Shown here: one piece after another, positions 54,136 to 63,010 of the stretch | Layout of the letters: every line of letters starts with the position of its first letter | Position numbering within the stretch: position 1 is the first letter of the stretch | From: Pelagomonas calceolata | Taxonomy: Eukaryota | Assembly (NCBI GenBank): GCA_918797485.1 | Contig: CAKKNE010000004.1 | Coordinates: 992,001-1,056,000 of the forward strand | Reading direction: 5' to 3' | DNA: 64,000 nt | The notes under the pieces: model-generated | Told to the model about the DNA's origin: nothing | Database searches by the model: none | What the model saw: only the letters and a program-made list of their open reading frames with translations | Translations under genes and position numbers: made by a program

Positions 54136-56856
54136 ATGGTGAAGGTGCAGCCCACGACCGATCATGATGGTGTCGCCGCAGCAGCGCCCTCCGACCTGGC
54201 CGAGGCTGCCGAGGCACCGGCCCCAGCATGCACACAAGAGCATGAAAGCGACGGCACCGACAAAGCGCCGTCGCGGCGGTCGCTCGTGCTGAAGGGGCAC
54301 ACGCGCGCGGTCGAATGCCTGGTCGTGCTCGACGGCGGCCGGCTCGCGTCGGGCAGCCGCGACAAATCCATCATCGTCTGGAACCTCGCGGACGGCAAGC
54401 AGCTCGCCAAGCTCGAGGGGCACTCGGACAGGGTCTTCGCTCTGGCCGCGCTCGACGGCGACCGGCTCGCGTCGGGCGGCGGTGAAGACTCCGACATCGA
54501 CGAGAGCGACGAAGAATCTTCAGAGCTGCTCATCTGGAACGTCGCGGACGGCTCGCAGCTCACCACGCTCAAGGGACACACGGGCGCGGTCGAATGCCTG
54601 GCCGCGCTCGACGGCGACCGGCTCGCATCGGGTGGTGGCTACGAAGACAGATCCATCATCATCTGGAATCTCGCGGACGGCTCACAGGTCGCCACGCTCG
54701 AGGGGCACAAGAGCTGGGTCAATTGCCTAACCGCGCTCGACGGCGACAGACTCGCGTCGGGCAGCCGCGACCGATCAATCATCATCTGGAGCCTCGCGGA
54801 TGGCACGCAGCTCGCCAAGCTCGAGGGGCACGAGGGCAGTGTCCTGTGCCTGGCCGCGCTCCCCGGCGGCCGGCTCGTGTCGGGCAGCGCCGACGAGTCC
54901 ATCATCATCTGGAGCCTCGCGGACGAAAAACAGCTCGCCAAGCTCGAGGGGCACACGGACGAGGTCCAATGCCTGGCGGCGCTCGACGGCGACCGGCTCG
55001 CGTCGGGCAGCGCCGACAAGTCCATCGTCATCTGGAACGTCGCGGACGGCGCGCAACTCGCCAAGCTCGAGGGGCACACGGGCTGGGTCAATTGCCTGGC
55101 CGCGCTCGACGGCGACCGGCTCGCGTCGGGGAGCAGCGACAAGACGATTCGCATCCGGTCCCTGGAGAAACTTACTGCTCTTGTCGCGTGCCGTTCTGCG
55201 TTCGAGTTCGAAGAGGTCGCGCGGGCGTGTCGCGAGCAGAACTGCCTCGGCGACCTCTTCGACGCGGCCACTGGGCGAATAGGCGATGAGAAACTTACTA
55301 TCCCAGGTGCCCCTTCAGCAAGAGTTACCACGCAAGCCCACGTCTTCGACGCCATCGCCAAAGTCATCACCGACGACGATAACACGGTGCTCGTCGAGAG
55401 ACTCTTAGGCCTCGTGCGCGACGACGACCTGCTGCCCGACCTTAAGCGACAGGGCGTGTCGGACGCCGCGATCGAGAAACTCGCGCCGACGGCGTTATTT
55501 CGAGTTGTGATCGACGGGAAGTACGTCGCCGGCCCGCGGCTCCTCCTCTACGTCGAGTTCGTATCTTTCCTGGTAGTCATGCTCTGCTTCGCGCGCGTCG
55601 CGACCTTTGAAGTGCTCGGTTGGTCGAACCCGTGGCTGCTGGCCAACAAAGCATTCGAGAAGACCGCCGCGCTTGTTGTCGCCTTCGCGGTACTCGCGTA
55701 CTTCTCCGCGCGCGAGGTGGGCCAGATAAGGTCCGCGCGTGCGATCGAGCTGGCGACGCCTGAGGATCGTATATCCACCAAGTATAATCCGGCTACAGAA
55801 AAATGGGAATACGAAGCACAAGGCCTCGCGTGGTACGCGCTGGCGATCCCGCGGCTCCTCGTGCTCTTCGTGGCGTGTTTGCTGTTGTCTCCAATCCTCC
55901 TCGTGTTCATCCCCCTGGCGTGCGCCGGGAAAGAATACGAGTGGATGGATGCGTTCGGAGAATGGTTCGAAAAAACCATCGGCAACCCCATCGGCCACGA
56001 CCCACTCACCTTCCTCGGCCTGCCGCGCGCCTGGCGCGGAGATTATTGGAACTGGATCGACACGGCGACGCTCGGTTGCGCCTGGGCGGCCTTCGCGCGC
56101 GCCGCGACGCCGGGGACGAATCTGAGCACAGACCACGCGGCTGCCACAGCGATGCTTCTGTGGCTCCGTCTCTTCGGCTTCCTGAAGAACATCAACCAAA
56201 GCCTCGCGACGTTTGTTTTGATGTTCGAGCGGATCGTGCGCGATCTGAGGGTGTTCATGGTCTTTTTCCTCATGATAATTCTAGCCTTTGGGAGCGCGTT
56301 CTACTTGTACCTCGGGCAACACGAGGCGGAATACTACGGATTTCATGACGACGGTGCACCGAACGCGTTCGAATCGGTCCGGATGACTATTTTCTCGCTG
56401 CTTCTGCTTGGGTTCATCGGAGATTATGATCTCGATAACTATCCCAAATCCGCGGATCGAACGTACTTGGTTCTATTCCTGGTGGTCGTCGTCATCGTGC
56501 AACTGAATATTTTGATTGCGATTGTGTCCGATAGCTACGATGCGGCCATGGCAAAAAGCGAAGGCCTCTACTACCGCTCGCACCTCGAGCTCGTGTCGGA
56601 GACGGCCTGGGCCGCGCAGCGATTCCCGAGACGACTACTACCCACGATCGACGAGGGTTGGATCAAAAAGCGGCTCGCGGCAGCCCTTGAGGAGACCAAA
56701 GGCGGGGACGACGACCAGGGGCGCATCAATTACACGTCGCAAAGAACAAGAGCAATGGTGCAGGCCGACACACGGCGCGCCATCGCGGACCTGGAAGCGC
56801 GCATGGACGCGAAGTTCGACGAGGTGCTGAAGCTCCTACGGGCGCGCCCGGCGTAG
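54136..56856 (+). CDS. 7xWD40 propeller fused to a TRP-like ion channel
   Basis: Seven GH...LASGS.D.SI.IW repeats; multiple TM helices with WNWID, WLRLFGFL, D...F...F....LAF, pore-like region, LNILIAIVSDSYD; C-terminal coiled coil. Confidence 0.85.
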   Translation: MVKVQPTTDHDGVAAAAPSDLAEAAEAPAPACTQEHESDGTDKAPSRRSLVLKGHTRAVECLVVLDGGRLASGSRDKSIIVWNLADGKQLAKLEGHSDRVFALAALDGDRLASGGGEDSDIDESDEESSELLIWNVADGSQLTTLKGHTGAVECLAALDGDRLASGGGYEDRSIIIWNLADGSQVATLEGHKSWVNCLTALDGDRLASGSRDRSIIIWSLADGTQLAKLEGHEGSVLCLAALPGGRLVSGSADESIIIWSLADEKQLAKLEGHTDEVQCLAALDGDRLASGSADKSIVIWNVADGAQLAKLEGHTGWVNCLAALDGDRLASGSSDKTIRIRSLEKLTALVACRSAFEFEEVARACREQNCLGDLFDAATGRIGDEKLTIPGAPSARVTTQAHVFDAIAKVITDDDNTVLVERLLGLVRDDDLLPDLKRQGVSDAAIEKLAPTALFRVVIDGKYVAGPRLLLYVEFVSFLVVMLCFARVATFEVLGWSNPWLLANKAFEKTAALVVAFAVLAYFSAREVGQIRSARAIELATPEDRISTKYNPATEKWEYEAQGLAWYALAIPRLLVLFVACLLLSPILLVFIPLACAGKEYEWMDAFGEWFEKTIGNPIGHDPLTFLGLPRAWRGDYWNWIDTATLGCAWAAFARAATPGTNLSTDHAAATAMLLWLRLFGFLKNINQSLATFVLMFERIVRDLRVFMVFFLMIILAFGSAFYLYLGQHEAEYYGFHDDGAPNAFESVRMTIFSLLLLGFIGDYDLDNYPKSADRTYLVLFLVVVVIVQLNILIAIVSDSYDAAMAKSEGLYYRSHLELVSETAWAAQRFPRRLLPTIDEGWIKKRLAAALEETKGGDDDQGRINYTSQRTRAMVQADTRRAIADLEARMDAKFDEVLKLLRARPA
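54289..55160 (+). repeat. Highly similar ~123-bp coding tandem repeats (WD40)
   Basis: GH codons at 54703, 54826, 54949 and 55072 (123-bp period); recurring GCGCTCGACGGCGACCGGCTCGCGTCGGG. Confidence 0.9.
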
Positions 56857-56898
56857 TAGGAATAAAAAACATGTACTGTTACACAGACAAACATAAAG

Positions 56899-57846
56899 TC
56901 AGTACCGGTCGAAGGCCGACCGCCGGTCGGCCGCCGCGTCGACGTCCCAGAAGTCGACGTTCAGCGACGCCCGCGTTCCTCTGGATACGGCGCCGACGCG
57001 GTGCTCCATCTCCGACGGGCAGACGACGACGTCGCCCGCCGCGAGCTCGACGTCCACCGCGCCGCCGCCGTCGAGCGGCTTGTAGGAAAAATCACCCCCC
57101 TCGAAGTCGCCGCTGAGCAGCACGACGCAGAACAGCAGGGACTCGCCATAATGATCGTGCCAGCCCACGCTGTCGCCGCCCTGGTAGAGCAGGTAGTCGG
57201 CCTGCTTGAACGCGCCGCGTACGGCCGCGTCGCCCGAGAACCGAGGCCAAGTGCCCCAATCGACCCCCGCGATTCCTCTCCACAACGCCGCCCAGGCGCG
57301 CGGGCACCTTTCACGAAAGTGCTTTGACAACCGCGCGTGCGTCTGCTGCGGGAAGACGGAGCCGTCTGGGAGGCCCACCGACCGCCTCCTAATAGTGCCC
57401 CAGCCGCCATCGAGGCAGTCGCGCGCGCAGGCGTGGACCTCGGCGACGGCCTTCGGCGAGAGCAAGCGGCGCAGGACGACGGCGTGGCCCTCCCGCCAGT
57501 CCTTCAGGGCTTGTTTTACGATAGTTGTCGGGTCCTCGGAGGCGTCGTCGTCGTCCATCGCCGCTTTGTTCAGGTAGCCACGCAGCGTCGCGCGCCAGTC
57601 GTCTTCCGCGCGTTGCACCCATTCCTTCCTGCCATCAGCGTGCTCGACGAACGATGCGTCGCCTTGCGTGAGGAGGACCACAGGCGCAGTTGCTACGCTA
57701 GCAGCCGAGGTCGCGCGCGACGCTGTCGCTGCCACTAAGTCGGCAGCGCGTTGCTCTGGGGACCAAGTATTTGGGGGAGGTGCTGCTATTGGTGGAGGTG
57801 CCGCCGCGAGGACGCTATAACGCCTGGTTTGCTGCAGTTGCAGCAT
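56899..57846 (-). CDS. 2OG-Fe(II) oxygenase (prolyl-hydroxylase-like)
   Basis: YQGGDSVGWHDH, DFEGG, EHRVGAVSRGTRASLN. Confidence 0.75.
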   Translation of the reverse strand: MLQLQQTRRYSVLAAAPPPIAAPPPNTWSPEQRAADLVAATASRATSAASVATAPVVLLTQGDASFVEHADGRKEWVQRAEDDWRATLRGYLNKAAMDDDDASEDPTTIVKQALKDWREGHAVVLRRLLSPKAVAEVHACARDCLDGGWGTIRRRSVGLPDGSVFPQQTHARLSKHFRERCPRAWAALWRGIAGVDWGTWPRFSGDAAVRGAFKQADYLLYQGGDSVGWHDHYGESLLFCVVLLSGDFEGGDFSYKPLDGGGAVDVELAAGDVVVCPSEMEHRVGAVSRGTRASLNVDFWDVDAAADRRSAFDRY

Positions 57847-58036
57847 CGTTAAAACTTCGTTGAGCGTCGTTCCGCTGGTCAGGTGCAGCGATGCGACTCT
57901 TTGTGCCCTCGCTTGCTTTTTGCTCTCTCATTTGCTTTGTGAGACGGCCAGACGGCGGAGAGGGACTAGCGAGGGGTCGTCCCAGGCGTCGCGCTGGACC
58001 GATTGACCGTCCGTGAGGACTCAGAAAGAAGTTATG

Positions 58037-58060
58037 GCTAGCGGCCGGTAAGACACTAGC
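58037..58060 (+). promoter_or_regulatory. CTAG inverted-repeat element in a divergent promoter
   Basis: GCTAGCGGCCGGTAAGACACTAGC. Confidence 0.65.
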
Positions 58061-58408
58061 AAGACGAAGCCGGGTGACATTTTAGGCTCTGCCCTCTTCG
58101 TAGGCCCCCCCAGCCACCCGCGGACACGACCTCGTGCGTACCTGCGTTGCTCTTCCCTACCCTGCACACCTGCGGGCGCGCGGGCTGGCCGGGCCCTCGC
58201 CCTGGCTGACATACCAGTTAGCTAACGTTCTCGGGGGGCCTGCGCGCCCGGTTCGGGCCCCAGGCCTCGCCAGACGTCGCCAGCCGTCCCCCGGCAGTTC
58301 ACCGCACCCCCTCGCGCGGTTTGGCGCGGTTTGAGCCTGCATCAGCTGACGTCGAAGAACGCCGCAGAGCCGACCCCGCCGCAGGCCCAGCCACACAAAA
58401 AAACGACC

Positions 58409-59002
58409 ATGACCCTCAAGGGCGACGACAAGCAGCACGACGCCTACCGCAAGAAGAAGGCCGCCCAGTACAAGGAGCCGCGCGCCTTGACCGAGGACGA
58501 GCTCGCCGAGGTGCAAGCTAGAGAAATCGCCGAGAAGCGCGCGGCCAAGGCCCACGTGCCCCTCGCCGCGATCAACCGCGGCGACTTCGGGGAAGGGGTC
58601 CGTCGGCCGCGTCGGAAATTTTGAGGCGCCTTCTCTCCCGTAGCCACGTCGATGGCGTGGAGAGTGACGAGCGGGTCCGTCGCACGCCATCGACGCGAAA
58701 TTCACCCGTCGCCGTCCACACAGAACCGCGAGCGCGAGCAGCAAGAAGCCGACACGGCCGCGCTGCAGCGCCGCAAGCACAAGAAGGAGGCGAGGGCCGA
58801 GAAGCGCGCGGCGCGGCGCGCGGCGCGCGACGAGAAGAAGGCCCAGGAGTACGAGGCCTCGAAGAAGGCCTTCGCGCGGCAGCGGTCCGAGTCGCTCGAG
58901 GGCGCGTCGCCGAAGTCGAAGGCCAAGGCGGCGAAGACCGACGAATCTTATCTAGGCGGCTTCTTCCGGTCGCTGTCGTCGCTCGTGGGCGTCGAGGCCT
59001 GA
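58409..59002 (+). CDS. Small basic coiled-coil hypothetical protein; exons 58409-58597, 58724-59002
   Basis: A 126-bp GT-AG intron with ACGCCATCGACGCG motifs joins the frames. Confidence 0.65.
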
Positions 59003-59261
59003 TTGAGCCCTTTCTGATGATGTGTGCGGACACGCCGCGCCCGTCTCGACCATCGATATAGTAAATATTAATAGTGCATGCACTCCCGGCGGCGGCGTGC
59101 GTCGCCGTAGCCCGCTTGGGACCTGTCGTCGTCCATCGAGAGAGGAAACCCGCGTGTTGCGAGCGCGGCGCCGTGTGACCGGTCGGGCAGGTCATAGTCA
59201 GTTCGGCAATGGACCAGTCTAGGGGGGTACCGCCCCGGGGCGCGGCAGGGCTCTCGCGCAA

Positions 59262-59285
59262 GCTAGCGGCATGTAAGACACTAGG
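59262..59285 (+). promoter_or_regulatory. CTAG inverted-repeat upstream element
   Basis: GCTAGCGGCATGTAAGACACTAGG, about 220 nt upstream of ATG 59508. Confidence 0.65.
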
Positions 59286-59507
59286 GATGGCAAGTAGCAA
59301 GCGCGACGTCTCCTGCGTCACTTGCTGCTCTCAAGAGGGTCCCAGCTGGCCTACAGACTCGTCATCGATCGCAGACGTAGTAAGTTGAAGACTGCCGGCG
59401 TCAGGACCTCCCTCTGCCTGCACACAGTAAAGGCTCTCTGTGTGCAAGGTCACCAGAGGTCGTGGTGCCGCGCACAGCTCGCAACAAGCACCGCATCAGT
59501 TCGCAGC

Positions 59508-60557
59508 ATGACGCCGCCGCTGCAATTCGCATTCCTCGTCGCGACAGCGACAGCACTGCAGCCCGAGCGCGTATTTATTGGCGGCCTCGGCTACTGCGGG
59601 CTGAGAATTGCAGAGAAGTTCCACGACACCTACGGTTGTAACGTAGCGGGCTGCGTCCGTTCGGCCGAGAAGCAAGCAGCTTTGACGAAAAACTACCCCT
59701 GGCTCGAGGCGCACGTCCTCGACTTGGACAATACTTATCAAGGCCTCGACGCCGACGGCCGCGAAGCGTTGGCAAGGGCCACGCATATCGTGGAGACCGT
59801 GGCGCCCATCGCCGACTTCGACGAAGACCCGTTGCTCGCCCTCCACGCGGACTGCTTCGACAACCAGTGGGTTGCCTACCTCTCCTCGACCGGAGTCTAT
59901 GGCGACCACGCCGGGTCCTGGATTGATGAAAATGCTGCTCTACTCTGCACCGATGCAAAGTCGAAGGCCCGCGTCGGGGCCGAGGAAGCTTTCGCAAAAC
60001 ACGACGCCGTCGTGCTGCGATTGGGCGGCATCTACGGCCCCGGCCGGTCGCTCTTGGACGCGCAGCGGCGGACGGCATCGACGTCCGAGAAGCCGGTGAA
60101 CCGTATTCATGTAGACGATATCGCCGGCTTACTGATAGCTCTGGCGGACCGCGACGTCCGATCAACGACACTTAACGCCGTCGACGACGACCCGGCGCCG
60201 CGGAGCGCCGTCTCTGCTTTTGCCGACGAGCTGATTGGTCCTGCTAAGGCGAAGGGCGCGGCGAAGCCCTCGCGGGGCACGGGGTCGAAGAGATGTAGGA
60301 ACGAGAAGTTGCGGGAGGTCTACGAGTTATTGGCGCCGACGTATAGGGAGGGTCTACTGCGAATCAAAGACGCCGACCCCGCGATTGCGGCCGCCGCTAG
60401 ACGTCAGGAGCGCATCGCCGCGGCGCAAAGAGATCTGCAGGCGGTGGCCCTCGCGGACCAGCGCGCCGACGTCGAGAGCGGCGAGACGTACTGGATGCGG
60501 GGCAAGTACCAGGAGCTCCAGCGGCTGGCGGCCGAGGATTCTTCGTCGGAGGCGTAA
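59508..60557 (+). CDS. NAD(P)-dependent epimerase/dehydratase (atypical SDR)
   Basis: IGGLGYCG, YLSSTGVYGDH, LRLGGIYGPGR, VNRIHVDDI. Confidence 0.88.
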   Translation: MTPPLQFAFLVATATALQPERVFIGGLGYCGLRIAEKFHDTYGCNVAGCVRSAEKQAALTKNYPWLEAHVLDLDNTYQGLDADGREALARATHIVETVAPIADFDEDPLLALHADCFDNQWVAYLSSTGVYGDHAGSWIDENAALLCTDAKSKARVGAEEAFAKHDAVVLRLGGIYGPGRSLLDAQRRTASTSEKPVNRIHVDDIAGLLIALADRDVRSTTLNAVDDDPAPRSAVSAFADELIGPAKAKGAAKPSRGTGSKRCRNEKLREVYELLAPTYREGLLRIKDADPAIAAAARRQERIAAAQRDLQAVALADQRADVESGETYWMRGKYQELQRLAAEDSSSEA

Positions 60558-60878
60558 TCGTGTGTTTGTGTTGATTAGCTTCGTTACAGGGCTAGGGGGG
60601 AGACACCATGCGTTCGCCGATTCATCGGCGGCGGGCGCGTCACGCCGCGCGTGCCGCGTTTGTATATGCCGCGCGCTGTACAAATTCGCATAGGCGTAAT
60701 CTTTTGTCATCCGACGGTTCCTGGCCTTATGATTTGCATTTGTTTTGGCTGACAACAGGGGGGGGTCGTACCTGGAGCAAGAGGCAAAGTAAAAAGTCAA
60801 GCGTCATTGAAGCCGAGGAAATTTGTGATCGTGAGGGAGCGCCGCCCAATTCATTCCTGAGATATTTTCAGCGCGGTT

Positions 60879-62066
60879 TCACGCGAGGAATGGGCGAAAC
60901 CCCTGGAGCAAAGTAATGAGGCCAATTGCCTCCCTGAGCTCGCACTCGACCGCGGAGCCCGCCTTCCGGCGCATGCCCTCGCGGTCGACGGGGGGCAGTA
61001 GTATGCGGTCGGTGGGCACGAACCCGACGGCGCCGCCGCGGCGCAGCTCCTCCACGGCGAGCGCGCGGTCCGCGCGGCTCTTCCTCGGGCCGAGATCGCT
61101 CGGCGCCGAGTAGTCCTACGGCAAAGTGTAATCAGAGCGAGATTTAGTCCTACGCCACGACAACGCCTTCGACGCAAGTGTAACTAGAATTAGGCTTCAG
61201 ATAAACGTCGTGCAGTTCACGTAGACGCGGCGCCCGAACACCTTGTAGTCGTCGCTCGAGAGCGAGTCGAGCTTGTGGAGCTTGCGCGCGTTGCAGTTAT
61301 TGCAGACCCAGCCGCGGAAGAGGAGCGAGAGCTCCAGGTGGTCGCGGTAGAGCTTCTTCTTCTTGAGGAGCGTGAGGTCGAAGCCGAAGCCCACGCGCTT
61401 GACCTTGATGTAGTCGCGGTAGGTGATTTCGTCGGCGAGCGGGAAGATCTTGAGGAGCTTGATGGCGATGGCCGAGCAGAGCTTGCAGGCGCCGGGCTTG
61501 GGCGTCGCGAATTTATACGACGCCGTCGCGGAGACGCCCAGCAGCTGGGAGGTGAGGAACGCCGCCCTCTCCAGCTGTAAGCGCCGGCGGCCGCCCTTTT
61601 TCATCGGCGCGCGCCAGGCCAGCAGCATCGCTATCCACGTGCGGTTCGTGTAGCCCTTGCCGGGCATCGGGAACGGCACGTCGGCCTCTACACAAATCTT
61701 CGCGAGCGTCGCAACAAATTGGCGCGACCGCTTGCAGCTTTGCAGGGGGTGGCCAATCTTGCGGTACGCCTTGACGAGTTCTACGGGCAGCTTGCGGCCC
61801 GGCCGCCAGGCGCCCAGCGTGTTGTTGCCTTGCAGGAAGGCCAGCGGTCCTTTCGGGCTCTTCGTCTTGTCGCGCTGCACGTCGCCCCACAGGTCGAGGC
61901 CGTTCTTCGCGTCCACTTCCCGCTGCTTCTCCCGCAGCGCCTCCTCGTCGTCGTCGTCGTCGGCGACGGGCTCCTCCTCGTCGTCCTCCTCGTCCTCCTC
62001 GGTGGGATCCACCCGGAACTCCTTGTCGGCGTCCGCGCGGCGGCCGCGCTTCTGCGGGCGCGGCAT
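60879..62066 (-). CDS. Protein with an endonuclease VII-like (His-Me finger) domain; ends at 61197, or at 60879 through intron 61116-61241
   Basis: CKLC ... LYRDHLELSLLFRGWVCNNCN matches the EndoVII pattern C..C...DH....RG..C..CN; AAG|GTGTTC ... CCGTAG|GAC gives an in-frame second exon. Confidence 0.6.
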
Positions 62067-63010
62067 GGGCTTGTGCTTTCAAATTAGCAAAGTGGCTCTC
62101 TGGGCCACAGATCTATAATAGGTCACGGGCACGATACGTGTGCGAACCAGGAGATCGCTGGAGGGTACCGCTTCACCGCCAAGCGCTGTTGCGAGCGTAA
62201 CGCAGAATCGCGCGCGCGAAAGCGCCAAAAACCCGTCCCAAACCAGTTTTGTTCCACCAGGCCGTCTCCCGATGCGTGCGCGCCCGAACTCGCACGAGCG
62301 GTCGTTTACGTAACCATAACAAACAAACAACAATGATCGCGGGCCTGACTGTCCAAATCAAGCCGCGGCGCCGATGTTATCGGCGCGACGCCCTCGCCCG
62401 CGCGGCGGCGAGTAGCCTCCGTCGGCTGCGCCCGACACAAGCCCGCGACGCCGTGGCCCGCACGTGACTTCGTCGTCTCTCCCCGCCCCAGTACGCGGCT
62501 CCGGGACCCTCGACTGGGGCGCCAGGAGCTGGGGCAGCCCACATCCAGGCGCCATGGGCGAGCTGCTGCCCGCGCATCGTGGCTCTGACGTCGCGTCGTG
62601 GCGTCGAGCCCAGGCAGAGCATCATACTCGCCGACGTCGCGCACGCGCGCGCGGCGGGCTCGTTTTTGCCAAGCTGTCCGCAGGCAATTTCAGAGAAGAT
62701 TGCGCGGTGGGACGCCAATGCGCTTGCCCACCCACCAGCGAGTCCTCGTGAGCCCGCAGACCGCTTGATGGATCGATCCAAAGCATAAAAATTCAAAGGC
62801 TGGGGGGCTCCGCCGCGGCTTTTGCGTCGCTGTGCACGGCGCGAGAGGAGCCTCAGTAGATAAACGCAGCGTCGGCAGCGCTACGTCTATACCTCAATTA
62901 ACCGCTGCTGCAACCGCGTTACGGGTGGTGCCGCAGAAGCCGCGCTTCAGCCGATCCCGCGCTGTGCAGTGGTTGCCACACGCGCCGACGTAGAACGAGC
63001 ACTCATCATC

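Noticed and set aside
54289..55160. Regularly spaced repeats as a CRISPR array
   Set aside because: They are in-frame coding WD40 repeats with no unique spacers, there are no cas genes, and the context is eukaryotic
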